A stretch of 50,428 nt of DNA, taken from positions 1 through 50,428 of IMG/VR virus record IMGVR_UViG_3300020044_002789, one strand, 5' to 3'. The notes under the pieces were generated by a model. That model ran no database searches and was not told the origin of the DNA. It saw only the letters and a program-made list of their open reading frames with translations. Position 1 is the first letter of the stretch. Each line of letters opens with the position of its first letter. The DNA comes from a virus. Taxonomy: Duplodnaviria; Caudoviricetes. Made by a program: the position numbers and the translations under genes. Of the stretch, positions 14,734 through 24,670 are shown piece by piece.

Positions 14734-16926
14734 ATGAAGACAGGTGATTTTCTAGATGCAATCTACGCAGATAGCACCGGCTTAGCCACAATTGTAACTC
14801 GTGGAGCTACAGGGGAACTCACCGACCAGCAGTTCTTTGAATACCCACAGCAGAAAGATGCTATGGTTGCTTTGGCGACTCAAAAGGGTAATGAAGATGT
14901 TTACTACTCGCCAATCCTTTTCAATGCGCCTAGACGCATCAAGGAGAACGCGAAGACTGTTCATGTTATCTACGCTGATGCTGACACCTGTGAGCCAGAG
15001 AACTTCCTAGTCGAGCCATCTATCTCTGTGCAGACCTCACCTAACCGCTGGCACTGCTACTGGATGCTAGAGACCGAGGTTGACCCACAGGTCGCTGCTC
15101 TACTATCTAAGAAGATTGCATACGCACACGCGCACCAAGGCTGCGACAAGTCTGGCTGGAACACAACCAAACTACTTCGCACGCCTAACTCAATGAACCG
15201 CAAAGAGGGTGTCAACCACGCAATCACTGCCACCACTAACGGCGTTGTTTACAACATTACCCAGCTAGAAGATGTCTATGGTGATGTTGAAGTTGAGCCT
15301 ATCCGCGAGTTATCACTTGAGCCACTGCCATCAGGCTGGCCTGAGCTAATCAAGACTATGGCTAAGATTCAGTCGAACCCAGAGATTGTTGGTCTCTATA
15401 TGACTGACCCCGGTCCAAGCGCAGACATGTCAAAGCTTCTATGGAAGCTTGAGATTGCCCTGTTCAAGCAGGGGCTGACTGCCGAGGAAGTCTTTGTCGT
15501 GGCTCGTGGCGCTAAGTGCAACAAGTATCACTCACCAAACCGCCCTAAGCGCATGGATGCAGACGGCGACCTTTGGCGCGAGGTTCAGCGTGCAGGTGTG
15601 TCATTTCAGAGTGGCGATGTCGCTCAGATTATTGACCTCACCGATATTGAGCCATCAATCAAGCTAGAGAAGCCAGTCTTCCTAACTGACGGCGAGCGCC
15701 ACATGGTCCAGTCGAACAGTAACTTCATTGACGAATACAAGCAGTGGGCAATGTCTAAGACTGATGGCGCTGTTGCCTATCAGATTGCAAGTGCGTTCAC
15801 GCTGCTATCCTGTGTCTTTTCAGACATTGGCTATGCTGTGCCAAAGTTCGGTAAGATGGGATTGAACCTGTGGTTCATGGTGCTAGGTGAGACCACTCTT
15901 ACTCGTAAGTCAACCAGCCGTAACCTGATGCTTCGCGCTGTTCGCCAGTTTGAGAAGTTCTCAGGATACCAGATTGACATTGGTTCGGATGCAACACCGG
16001 AAGGTCTTACTGCAATCCTATCTGAGCGCGACAAGCAAACAAGCTTGCTGCACAGAGATGAGGTTCAGGGTATGTTCAAGGACTTTATCAACAAGACCTA
16101 CATGGCTTCTGCTGCTGAGCGTTTCACTGAGCTTTACGATGGTCATGTTCCTGTGACCATTCGCTCATCGAAAGGCAAGGCTCAGACTGAGCGTGCCGAG
16201 ACCAACTTTGTAATGTATCTAATGGGTATCACAAGCAAGACTGCTGATGTTCTCACAACTGAATACTTCCGTTCCGGCTTCTTGGCGCGTTTCATTTATG
16301 TCACTGCGCCAACACCGCCTAGAACCAAAGAGTCGGAAGACATTCAGCAAGCTGACGAGTATGAAGTTGTCGTGCGCGATGAGGTTCTTGAGTCAATGAT
16401 TAAGGGGCTCTCTGAGAGTGTGATGTTCTGGCAAAAGCGCGGTGGACCAAGCCCACGCCCAATCAGACTGACTGAGAACGCCTTGAGGCGCTTCAACCAG
16501 TTCAAATGGGAGATGGGTAACTACACCGAGAACCACCCTGAGAAGGACTCAATCGAGCCATCTCGCCAGCGTCTAGCGTTGTCTGTGTGGAAGTGTGCGG
16601 TGCTGCTAGCGATGTATGAGAAGTCAGAAGAAGTGACCGAGCGTCACTTGCTAACGGCAATCTACTACTCTGAGGACTGGTTCTGGAACTTGACTCAGAT
16701 GGCTAATGCAATCTCTGCTTCTGAATGGCAGCGAGATGTAGACAAGCTTGAGACCATGATTATTGATAAGGGTGGTAAGGTGCGATACGAAGAGGCATAC
16801 AAGAAGTTCAACAACAAGCGCAAGCGCGAGTTTGACGAAATGGTGCAAGCACTTTACTCTCAGGCAAGAATACAACAAGTAGTAGAAAATCAGAAAACTT
16901 ATTTGGAGGTGATTACAAATGGATAG
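14734..16926 (+). CDS. Replication protein: RepB-type AEP primase fused to a C-terminal NTPase/helicase-like (DUF3987-like) domain
   Basis: IYADAD, VQTSPNRWHCYW, LLRTPNSMNRK primase motifs; GETTLTRKST degenerate Walker A, TPEGL, HRDE, SGFLARF. Confidence 0.8.
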   Translation: MKTGDFLDAIYADSTGLATIVTRGATGELTDQQFFEYPQQKDAMVALATQKGNEDVYYSPILFNAPRRIKENAKTVHVIYADADTCEPENFLVEPSISVQTSPNRWHCYWMLETEVDPQVAALLSKKIAYAHAHQGCDKSGWNTTKLLRTPNSMNRKEGVNHAITATTNGVVYNITQLEDVYGDVEVEPIRELSLEPLPSGWPELIKTMAKIQSNPEIVGLYMTDPGPSADMSKLLWKLEIALFKQGLTAEEVFVVARGAKCNKYHSPNRPKRMDADGDLWREVQRAGVSFQSGDVAQIIDLTDIEPSIKLEKPVFLTDGERHMVQSNSNFIDEYKQWAMSKTDGAVAYQIASAFTLLSCVFSDIGYAVPKFGKMGLNLWFMVLGETTLTRKSTSRNLMLRAVRQFEKFSGYQIDIGSDATPEGLTAILSERDKQTSLLHRDEVQGMFKDFINKTYMASAAERFTELYDGHVPVTIRSSKGKAQTERAETNFVMYLMGITSKTADVLTTEYFRSGFLARFIYVTAPTPPRTKESEDIQQADEYEVVVRDEVLESMIKGLSESVMFWQKRGGPSPRPIRLTENALRRFNQFKWEMGNYTENHPEKDSIEPSRQRLALSVWKCAVLLAMYEKSEEVTERHLLTAIYYSEDWFWNLTQMANAISASEWQRDVDKLETMIIDKGGKVRYEEAYKKFNNKRKREFDEMVQALYSQARIQQVVENQKTYLEVITNG

Positions 16927-17320
16927 ACGGCGTGACATGTATGTTGCCGAGGCTCTGAACGAGGCTATCTGGATTCGCGACAATGTGGAGAATGTAAGCA
17001 AAGAAACGCTTATGGATGCAGTCAGGAATCTAGGTAAGTATAGAGTGTTCTCAAGTAGGCAGCTATCTGCAATTACAAACGGAACAATCTCGCACACAAC
17101 TATTAGTAGGCTAATTGGAAAGACAAACAGAACTGGAGGTAACTTGAATGTTGGCACTTTGGATATCCTTCGTAACATTCTTTATAGTCGTGCCGATGGT
17201 CGCACTGACTACAAGCTTATACATGATGCTGTGGACATGGGAACTTCACAAGGAATGGTCTCAAAAATCACAGGAGTAAGTCAAAGCGCAATAAGTAAAA
17301 ATATTAGGGAGATTAATTAA
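16919..17320 (+). CDS. HTH DNA-binding protein (two HTH-like segments)
   Basis: FSSRQLSAITNGTISHTTISR and TSQGMVSKITGVSQSAISK. Confidence 0.7.
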   Translation: MDRRRDMYVAEALNEAIWIRDNVENVSKETLMDAVRNLGKYRVFSSRQLSAITNGTISHTTISRLIGKTNRTGGNLNVGTLDILRNILYSRADGRTDYKLIHDAVDMGTSQGMVSKITGVSQSAISKNIREIN

Positions 17321-17538
17321 TGGACTTTCAAGAATGGCTACAATATGGAATAGACAACAACTGGTGTGGTCCAGCTGTGTGCTACACGCACGATGGGCTA
17401 CCAACCTCGATTGCTGAGGATGAAGAGTGGGAAGAAGGCGACCCATGTATTCACATCGCCAGACTCTACGAGTCGAGAGAAGTAAAGCTTCAGGTGGAAG
17501 AGAACCACTCGCCTAGCGTATGGAGAAACATTGGCTGA
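17320..17538 (+). CDS. Conserved hypothetical phage protein
   Basis: WCGPAVCYTHDGLP...GDPCIHIARLY. Confidence 0.7.
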   Translation: MDFQEWLQYGIDNNWCGPAVCYTHDGLPTSIAEDEEWEEGDPCIHIARLYESREVKLQVEENHSPSVWRNIG

Positions 17539-17758
17539 CCTATTTAGACTATCAGCAAAGTTTGACGATGTGAAGCTTGACGAGAAAGCTCTAATGTTTC
17601 ACTACGAAAGAAAAGCCGTTGCCAACGCTAACGATAAGCTAGCTGTGCAATGCTACCAATACATTATGCAGCGAGAGACTATCAAGAGACTTGAGCAGAA
17701 CAAGACACCATACGAGAAGTGGAAGGAGACGCAAGATGACAAGGATACTGGGAATTGA
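17531..17758 (+). CDS. Hypothetical protein
   Basis: GGAG RBS, TTG start. Confidence 0.6.
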   Translation: MADLFRLSAKFDDVKLDEKALMFHYERKAVANANDKLAVQCYQYIMQRETIKRLEQNKTPYEKWKETQDDKDTGN

Positions 17759-18179
17759 CCCCGGTGGCACTACAGGTCTTTGCCTTGTTAGTGTTGATGA
17801 CACCAATGAACCTGAGCTTATTTGGCAAAAGCAAATTCCTAATAGCCTTAAAGGTTTTCTTGATTTTCATTGGGATGAACTACTCGACACAGATTTCGAC
17901 ATGATTGTTTGCGAGAGCTTCACTCTTCGCGAAGGTGTTCATGGCGCAGACCTGTCGCCAGTATATATCATTGGCGCTCTAGAGGCTCTTTATCCAACGA
18001 TGAAGATTATCTACCAAGAGCCAAAGCTCAAGCCACTGTGCGATGACACAAGGCTAAAGAGCATGGGATTTCACACTCCCGGCAGAGGACACGCAAACGA
18101 TGCTGTCCGTCATGTTATGGTATACTTGAGAAATACAAGACATATGCCAACACTAAAGTTAGGATGGGGTAATGAGTAA
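17736..18179 (+). CDS. RuvC-like Holliday junction resolvase
   Basis: ILGIDPGGTTG, IVCESF, HANDAVRH catalytic motifs; AAGGAG RBS. Confidence 0.8.
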   Translation: MTRILGIDPGGTTGLCLVSVDDTNEPELIWQKQIPNSLKGFLDFHWDELLDTDFDMIVCESFTLREGVHGADLSPVYIIGALEALYPTMKIIYQEPKLKPLCDDTRLKSMGFHTPGRGHANDAVRHVMVYLRNTRHMPTLKLGWGNE

Positions 18180-19476
18180 GTGTAAACTATGCGATATGCT
18201 TCCAAATGCAGAACTAGAATCAAGCCTACAAAGTGGGCTGTCGGCTCGCGAAATCGCTGGCAGATTTGACATCGGCAAGACTACAGTAGCAAAGCACCGC
18301 AGCGAAAACCATGTCCCACTACACGCGAAAAGCACAGACGAAACCGCTGAGGTTATCTGGACTGGCGACAAGGGTGAGCTAAAGACTGGCGCACTAGAAA
18401 ACGACATCAATGGCAAGACCCATGATGAGATTCTGCGCGAGTTTGGTCACGACCCAGACAAGGTGGAGATTGCCACTGTGCTATGGGAAAAGCACCGCCA
18501 ATACTGGAGCGTTGACCTAAACAAGATGCTGTGGAAGCACAGCTACTCGTTTGGCCTAGTCAAGAAGAAAGAAAAGGTTGCTGCTGAGTTTATTGACGCA
18601 GTGGAGCTGATGAACTCTATTGAAGCTAAGTCGCGCCCTGTTGTCGCACAGAATGGTGGCACTGAGTCAACATTCTGCTTGGACTGGGCTGACTGGCAGA
18701 TGGCTAAACTTGAGGGTGGTGGCTCAGCAGGTTTGATTGAGCGACTGCAAAACGCTTTTGACGCTGCCGAAGAACGCATTGGCGAGCTTCGGTCTATCGG
18801 TCGAGCAGTTAACGAGTTAGTCATCTTCGGTGGTGGTGACATGGTTGAGGGTTGCGTAATTTACCCGAATCAGAGTTACGAAATTGACGACCACCGCAGA
18901 GGTCAAATCAAGAACACTGTGGCTATGATTATCAAGGGCATCAAGCAGCTTGCACCACACTTTGAAAAGGTGCGAGTAGTTGTTGTTCCGGGCAATCATG
19001 GTGAGCACCGCATCGCTGGCAATCGCACAACCATCGGAGACAACGATGACCTGCTGGTGTTTGAGATGGCGCAGCTCGGCATTGAGTCAGACCCGGCATT
19101 TAGCCATGTGTCTTTTGAGATTGCTGACCGAGAAATCTCTGTGACAACCAAGGTTCAAGGCTGGACCTATGGTCTAACTCATGGTGATGTTTATGGTAAG
19201 ACTGGTGGAACAGGAATCCGTAACAAGGTATTTAACTGGTTCAAAACTATGGCTGGAAACCGACACCCTGTGGGTCAGTCGGATGTGTTGTTAACTCACC
19301 ACTTCCACCACGATGCGATGGAAGATTGGGGTGCTACTTTATGGGTTCAGAATCCAACAATGGATGGTGGAAGTCACTATTTCAAAGAGGCAACAGGGCA
19401 CGACACAAAGCCGGGAATGAACAGCTGGGTAGTCACCGAGCAGGAGCGTTTTCAGGACAAGCAGATTCTTCGCTAG
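18172..19476 (+). CDS. Metallophosphoesterase (Mre11-like) with N-terminal Zn/HTH domain
   Basis: ADWQ, GGGDMVEG, VPGNHG, THGD, HHFHH motifs; N-terminal CKLC plus SAREIAGRFDIGKTTVAKH. Confidence 0.85.
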   Translation: MSKCKLCDMLPNAELESSLQSGLSAREIAGRFDIGKTTVAKHRSENHVPLHAKSTDETAEVIWTGDKGELKTGALENDINGKTHDEILREFGHDPDKVEIATVLWEKHRQYWSVDLNKMLWKHSYSFGLVKKKEKVAAEFIDAVELMNSIEAKSRPVVAQNGGTESTFCLDWADWQMAKLEGGGSAGLIERLQNAFDAAEERIGELRSIGRAVNELVIFGGGDMVEGCVIYPNQSYEIDDHRRGQIKNTVAMIIKGIKQLAPHFEKVRVVVVPGNHGEHRIAGNRTTIGDNDDLLVFEMAQLGIESDPAFSHVSFEIADREISVTTKVQGWTYGLTHGDVYGKTGGTGIRNKVFNWFKTMAGNRHPVGQSDVLLTHHFHHDAMEDWGATLWVQNPTMDGGSHYFKEATGHDTKPGMNSWVVTEQERFQDKQILR

Positions 19477-19508
19477 AGTTATACTTTGACGAAGTTCAAA
19501 TAGATGGC

Positions 19509-19682
19509 ATGGAGGGGGTATTCTTCATCGAATACCTCTGCTCATGCGGTCTACCTGTAGTCAGGCTTGGTGAATCAAACTTTGCCTGTGTCCACTGTGA
19601 CGCTGTGTGCTTTACTGGCAACTGCTACGAGTGCGCTAGATTGAATGAACCTGACGAGGAGGATGATGATGCCGATTTATGA
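19509..19682 (+). CDS. Small Cys-rich protein
   Basis: CSC...CVHCDAVC...CYEC; start uncertain. Confidence 0.5.
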   Translation: MEGVFFIEYLCSCGLPVVRLGESNFACVHCDAVCFTGNCYECARLNEPDEEDDDADL

Positions 19683-19863
19683 TTACAAATGCCCGACTGG
19701 GCACATGAGCGAACTAAAAGTCTCGATACTTGAAGAGACCCCAAAGTCCACTCCCTGCTCAGACTGTGGAGATGTCGCAAAGCGCGTATTCAATACACCT
19801 GTGGTAGAATTTAAGGGAGAAGGATTTTACGCAAATGACAAGAAAAGACCGAAAGGGGAATAA
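19669..19863 (+). CDS. FmdB-family Zn-ribbon protein
   Basis: MPIYDYKCPTGH...CSDCG...FKGEGFYAND. Confidence 0.85.
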   Translation: MPIYDYKCPTGHMSELKVSILEETPKSTPCSDCGDVAKRVFNTPVVEFKGEGFYANDKKRPKGE

Positions 19864-20387
19864 TGCCTTATTACATTACTAATAAACACCCAGACTGCAA
19901 AGGCTGGGCAACAGTAAATGGCGACTACGAAGTAAAGGGTTGCCACGAAACGAAGCAGGGCGCAATTGACCAGATGGTCGCAATCTCACAGGCTGAAGAT
20001 GTAGAGCCGGGTGGCACGCACCCTCGCGACCGCAAGAAGGAATCAATCTTTGCTGAGGCAGCCGACAACACCTACAGCCCACCACAGGGCGTTCAGAACG
20101 CTGCCAAGCGTGCACTGAAGTGGATTAGCGAAGGCAAGGCTGGCAGTGGGTTTACTAGCGTTGGTCGCCGGCGTGCAGCACAGCTGGCTTCTGGCTCTTC
20201 CGTCAGTCGCGACACTGTAGCTCGAATGAAGTCATACTTTGCTCGACACAATGTAGACAAGAAAGCCACTGGATTCAACTCTGGAGAAGAGGGCTACCCA
20301 TCGCCGGGTCGCGTTGCTTGGGATGCTTGGGGTGGCACAGCTGGTCAGGCTTGGGTCAACCGAATCAATCTAGACAGCAAGAAGTAA
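19863..20387 (+). CDS. Conserved phage protein; domains usually seen in head-morphogenesis genes
   Basis: GCHETKQGAIDQMVAI and AKRALKW...VGRRRAAQLA...RMKSYFARH...GRVAWDAWGG motifs. Confidence 0.7.
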   Translation: MPYYITNKHPDCKGWATVNGDYEVKGCHETKQGAIDQMVAISQAEDVEPGGTHPRDRKKESIFAEAADNTYSPPQGVQNAAKRALKWISEGKAGSGFTSVGRRRAAQLASGSSVSRDTVARMKSYFARHNVDKKATGFNSGEEGYPSPGRVAWDAWGGTAGQAWVNRINLDSKK

Positions 20388-21098
20388 ATGGAAAGAATGG
20401 GCGAAGTTAAATTTAGGTCAGACATGACTGTTGAACTTATTGACAGCATGGCAAGTGACCGAGCTGTAGTCGTGGCTGCTCGCGTGTCAACAGGTGCAAA
20501 GATTGGTGATGAACCTGAAAAGGATTCTGGGCTAATCAATTACCTGATGCGCGACAGGCATGGCTCCCCATTTGAGCACAATGCTTTCACATTCTACATC
20601 GAAGCCCCTATCTTCGTATTCCGCGAGTTCATGCGTCACCGCATAGCTTCTTACAACGAAGAGTCAGGCCGATACAAGGAGCTCAAGCCAGTGTTCTACT
20701 ACCCCAATGAGCAGCGAAAGCTAGTGCAAGAGGGCAAGCCGGGAGCTTACACATTCACAGAAGGAGCACCTGAGCAACATGCTCAGATTCAGGATGCGAT
20801 TGTGGACTCGGCAGAGCACTGTTACGCTGAGTATAAGTGGCTGTTGGGCAATGGAATTGCGCGAGAGGTTGCTCGGTCTGTGCTGCCTGTAAACATTTAC
20901 TCAAGCATGTATGTCACCATGAACGCACGCTCGCTAATGAATTTCCTGAGTTTGCGAACCACTCACCAAGACAGCAAAGTTCCATCATTCCCACAGCGTG
21001 AGATTGAGATGGTTGCTGAGAAGATGGAGCAGTTCTTTGCGGAGAAGATGCCAGTAACCTACGAGGCGTTCAATAAGAATGGCAGGGTAGCACCATGA
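20388..21098 (+). CDS. thyX: Flavin-dependent thymidylate synthase
   Basis: HGSPFEH and RHRIASYNEESGRY ThyX signature. Confidence 0.95.
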   Translation: MERMGEVKFRSDMTVELIDSMASDRAVVVAARVSTGAKIGDEPEKDSGLINYLMRDRHGSPFEHNAFTFYIEAPIFVFREFMRHRIASYNEESGRYKELKPVFYYPNEQRKLVQEGKPGAYTFTEGAPEQHAQIQDAIVDSAEHCYAEYKWLLGNGIAREVARSVLPVNIYSSMYVTMNARSLMNFLSLRTTHQDSKVPSFPQREIEMVAEKMEQFFAEKMPVTYEAFNKNGRVAP

Positions 21099-21307
21099 CA
21101 GACTTAGTGAACCACCCACCGCACTACACCTCTGACCCCAGCGGTATTGAGTGCATCCAGATAACGAGGCATCGCAACTTTAACATCGGCAATGCCATCA
21201 AGTATTTGTGGCGTGCAGGTTTAAAAGATGACAAGAAGGAGATAGAAGACTTGCGTAAAGCAATCTTCTACATCCAGAACGAGATTGAAAGGTTGGAAGA
21301 GAAGTGA
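21095..21307 (+). CDS. DUF3310 protein
   Basis: VNHPPHY...IECI...GNAIKYLWRAGLK...EDLRKA. Confidence 0.85.
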   Translation: MTDLVNHPPHYTSDPSGIECIQITRHRNFNIGNAIKYLWRAGLKDDKKEIEDLRKAIFYIQNEIERLEEK

Positions 21308-21564
21308 TACTAGAATATTACTCAGCAACTTGGTGTCAGCCATGCAAGGTATTCGGACCTGTGATGGATGCTTTTGCAGCTGATAATCCAAATGTAGAAT
21401 ACATAAAAGTAAATGTGGATAAAACGCCAGAGAAAGCAATAGCTGATGGCGTTACTGGAGTTCCAACAATCATCCTAAAGGATGGCGAGAAAGAGGTTTA
21501 TAGGCTCACAGGAGCCAAGCCAAGACCATTTCTTGATAAAGAAGTCCAACCACTCATCAAGTAA
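21304..21564 (+). CDS. Thioredoxin
   Basis: SATWCQPCK active site, VPT cis-Pro motif. Confidence 0.9.
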   Translation: MILEYYSATWCQPCKVFGPVMDAFAADNPNVEYIKVNVDKTPEKAIADGVTGVPTIILKDGEKEVYRLTGAKPRPFLDKEVQPLIK

Positions 21565-21567
21565 ATC

Positions 21568-21600
21568 AAAAGCCCCCAGTCACCTCTGCTGGGGGCTTTT
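21568..21600. terminator. Bidirectional intrinsic terminator between the two genome arms
   Basis: AAAAGCCCCCAG...CTGGGGGCTTTT inverted repeat. Confidence 0.9.
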
Positions 21601-21621
21601 GCCTTGTCGGGATATTCCTAC

Positions 21622-21864
21622 CTATGGCAGAAATTCTGTAACCAAGGAAACCACAATAGCAGCAATTGCTATCCACAAAGCTAGTGAGCTAGCCTTGTTC
21701 GCACGCTGAGTCTTTAGCTCCTTGACATCTAACTCAATCTCATTGATGCGCTCATCTTGAGAATCTAATTTCTTTTCCATGCGTTCCTGCGACTCGCGAA
21801 CCGAGCGCATCCCCTCTTCCAAACGGCCTAAAGCTACATACAACTCTGGTGACTGCTCAGACAT
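21622..21864 (-). CDS. Lysis-cassette membrane protein (coiled coil plus C-terminal TM)
   Basis: LGRLEEG coiled coil and hydrophobic C-terminus; downstream of endolysin. Confidence 0.65.
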   Translation of the reverse strand: MSEQSPELYVALGRLEEGMRSVRESQERMEKKLDSQDERINEIELDVKELKTQRANKASSLALWIAIAAIVVSLVTEFLP

Positions 21865-22142
21865 TACTTTTTAGTTTCTTCGATATGCTTTTGAACTGCG
21901 TCTTGAGTTGCCTTTGCAACATCTTTGGTTGTTACGCTTCCGGTCACCGCAATAGCGTAACCCATAGCTCCAACAATTCCAAGCATGAGCGTCACCCAAG
22001 CAATTAGAACACCTGTGAATGGGTTGCCTGTCAAGAGTGCGCCAGAACCGGCAGCTCCACCTAGGATAAAGAGGAAGATGCCGAAGCCACGCCAAGCTAG
22101 AGTGCCAAGAATAGCGAAAATCTGTGTAATGCGTTCACGCAT
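21864..22142 (-). CDS. Putative holin
   Basis: Two TM segments, charged C-terminus, directly after endolysin. Confidence 0.6.
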   Translation of the reverse strand: MRERITQIFAILGTLAWRGFGIFLFILGGAAGSGALLTGNPFTGVLIAWVTLMLGIVGAMGYAIAVTGSVTTKDVAKATQDAVQKHIEETKK

Positions 22143-22187
22143 TTTGTTCCAATCTCGCCCATTGGTCTTTTATTTATTTTATCTTAT

Positions 22188-22793
22188 TTAGGAAATCTTT
22201 GGTGCTGTCTTTGGTGCCGGCTTTGGCTTCACGACTTTTGGCTTTGCAGCCTTTGCGTGAACAGCAACCGGAGCAACTGGAGCATCCTCAGCTGTCGCTG
22301 CCTTTGCCTTCTCTTCAGCCTTGTGAGCCAGTCTGACAGCCTTAATAAACTCAATTGGGTCTGCGTATCCAGAGCCATCTGCTGTCCATTTGTAGGTCTT
22401 TCCAAGCGTGATTTCAAAGTGTAGGTGCTCACCAGTTGAGTCGCCAGTTGTTCCCTGACGGCCTAGAACTGTGTTGTGGGTTACCACATCGCCAACTTTA
22501 ACCTGCAAGCTATCCTTACGCATGTGGGCGTAGGTTGCAACAACCCAAACGCCATTGACATTCGAGCGAACCTGAACATGGTAGCCGAAGCCACCTACCT
22601 CACCATTTGCAAGCTTGCGCTTTGATGGCCCAGCAAAGATTACCTTGCCACGAGTGAATGACTGCACAGGTGCACCAGCTGGACCAACTAGGTCAACGCC
22701 ATTGTGGTGCTTCTTACCACCGCTAGTTGGGTGGATTCTCCAGCCAAATGGCGATGTTACTTTAAACTTATCTAGTGGGAATTCGGCAATCAT
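22188..22793 (-). CDS. Endolysin, M23 peptidase
   Basis: VTSPFGWRIHP, HNGVD, YAHM, GTTGDSTGEHLHFE; Lys/Pro/Ala-rich tail; start MIAEFPL. Confidence 0.9.
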   Translation of the reverse strand: MIAEFPLDKFKVTSPFGWRIHPTSGGKKHHNGVDLVGPAGAPVQSFTRGKVIFAGPSKRKLANGEVGGFGYHVQVRSNVNGVWVVATYAHMRKDSLQVKVGDVVTHNTVLGRQGTTGDSTGEHLHFEITLGKTYKWTADGSGYADPIEFIKAVRLAHKAEEKAKAATAEDAPVAPVAVHAKAAKPKVVKPKPAPKTAPKIS

Positions 22794-22801
22794 TTTAATC
22801 C

Positions 22802-23488
22802 TTATGGAAGCGAGTAGGTATATTTGAAGACAAGAGTTGAACCAGTGGGCCAAGCTGCTGGGTTAGTTCCACCAGATGTGCTTAGGTCGGAGTTCTTTAG
22901 TGGCGAGCCATTCATGTAAAGTAGTCGCACTCTAGTTGTCGAGTGACTCCATACATTTACAGGGTAGGTTGAGCTGTTCTTGAATGAGCCAGCACCAACA
23001 GAAGCGTTTGGTTCAAGCACCGCCCTAGATGTAAGTGGCAGGTTTGCGTAAAGGCTGGTGAACGAAAGCGATGTTCCAGAGACTGTGAGCTTTACCTGAA
23101 CTGTGACTTGGTTGTTTGCAACCATGTATTCAGAGTTGTTGACAGTAAAACCTGCTGAGATTGCGGTGGTTGGACCATCATACATCGTCAGTGAGAAGCC
23201 AGTCCAAGGCTGATACATTAGAACCCAAGATGTGCCGTTATACTGGTAGAAGGCGCTGGTGGCGGTGACATAGGCGGTTGAGCCAATTGCCATTCCAGTT
23301 AGCGCGTTCATAGCTGCAACGCTGGCTACTGTGTATGCGCCATTCTGCTGACTTGCTGTCAGTGGGGCAACATGCGTGCTTAGCGCAGTGTTAACGCTGT
23401 CTGCTAAGGTCGAAAAAGCTGTGTGCAAAGGTGCTACGCTGTCCGAGGCGACAGGGTAGTAGATGCTGTAAGGTGATGTGGTTGCCAT
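22802..23488 (-). CDS. Minor tail protein
   Basis: Position at end of tail module; Ser/Thr-rich beta-type sequence. Confidence 0.65.
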   Translation of the reverse strand: MATTSPYSIYYPVASDSVAPLHTAFSTLADSVNTALSTHVAPLTASQQNGAYTVASVAAMNALTGMAIGSTAYVTATSAFYQYNGTSWVLMYQPWTGFSLTMYDGPTTAISAGFTVNNSEYMVANNQVTVQVKLTVSGTSLSFTSLYANLPLTSRAVLEPNASVGAGSFKNSSTYPVNVWSHSTTRVRLLYMNGSPLKNSDLSTSGGTNPAAWPTGSTLVFKYTYSLP

Positions 23489-23500
23489 AGTCCTATTTTA

Positions 23501-24670
23501 TCATACAACCACAGTCCACACGCCAGCGGTAGAGTCCCACTTTCGCATGAATCCTGTGGCATTGGTGTAGGTTGAAATTGTTGCAGGGGTGGTGTAAGAG
23601 CCGTTTCCGTTTGCGTTAAATGCTAGCACGCGGATGTAATACTGCTCACTCTCATCCAAGCCATTTAGCTCGAATGATGTCATTGTAGATGGAAGTCGCA
23701 CAGAGAAGCTTCCAGAGAAGTCTGAGTTTGGGCTATAGTTGATGATGTAGCCAGTCGGAGTTGCTCCGCCAGATGGCGCTGTCCAAGAAACAAGAACGCC
23801 AATCGGGTTCTGTGGAGTCTGCTGGGCTAGCGTCAGTCCAGTTGGAAGTCCCGGTGGTGAAGTGGAAGCAGGAGTGTATGATGTTGCGGTCGTTACATAG
23901 GCGCTGCTAGTTGTTGAGCTAACAGCGTTTGTAACTTGGTTTCTAGCTCCAACTCTAAACCAGTATGGCGTTCCGTTGGTTAGACCAGTCACTGTGGTGC
24001 TTGTGCCTGAGACCGAGATTAGCGAAGATACGCCAGTTGTGAAAGCCGAGTTAGTGGCATACTGAACATAGTATCCAGTAATTGCAGTTCCACCATTGTC
24101 GGCTGGTGCTGCCCAAGAAACAGACACCTGCGTATCTCCGACTATGACAGCAAGTGACTGTGGGGCGGATGGCACAGTATAGTAGTCAAATGTTCCAACT
24201 AGGCTAGACTCGCTATACAAAAGCGAGTCAGACTGGAATGTGGTAAGTGAGGTTGAAGTTGTTGAATCACCTTCAATGTCAACTGTTGACTGGCTGCTGA
24301 AGTCATACTGAAAGTAAGTTGAGCCAGCGCCAGATGACCAGTAGCCAAAGTAGAGGCTGCTTGTGCTGGTTCTGTTTACTAGGGTGCTCGCATAGAAGGA
24401 CTTGTTGCCAGTTAGCGTGGCGCTTCCAGCTGCCACCGAGAATGGGGCAGTGGCTGCGATAGCAGAAGCAGATGAATTCCAGATACCTAGTGCAACTGTG
24501 CGACTAGCGCCATTACCGCCAATGCCAAGCTGCATCTGATAAATCTGCATGTAGGCGTTTCCATTTGAGGCAAGGTTACTTACTGATGGTAGCGCAACAT
24601 TACACTGCACTTGAGACATTGTGGATAGACCAGAGTTGCTAGTAGCAACAGCATTATTGATTAGCGCCAT
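23501..24670 (-). CDS. Minor tail protein with two fibronectin type III domains
   Basis: PSAPQSL...VSWAAP...ITGYYVQY...TGLTNGTPYWFRVGA, repeated once. Confidence 0.8.
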   Translation of the reverse strand: MALINNAVATSNSGLSTMSQVQCNVALPSVSNLASNGNAYMQIYQMQLGIGGNGASRTVALGIWNSSASAIAATAPFSVAAGSATLTGNKSFYASTLVNRTSTSSLYFGYWSSGAGSTYFQYDFSSQSTVDIEGDSTTSTSLTTFQSDSLLYSESSLVGTFDYYTVPSAPQSLAVIVGDTQVSVSWAAPADNGGTAITGYYVQYATNSAFTTGVSSLISVSGTSTTVTGLTNGTPYWFRVGARNQVTNAVSSTTSSAYVTTATSYTPASTSPPGLPTGLTLAQQTPQNPIGVLVSWTAPSGGATPTGYIINYSPNSDFSGSFSVRLPSTMTSFELNGLDESEQYYIRVLAFNANGNGSYTTPATISTYTNATGFMRKWDSTAGVWTVVV

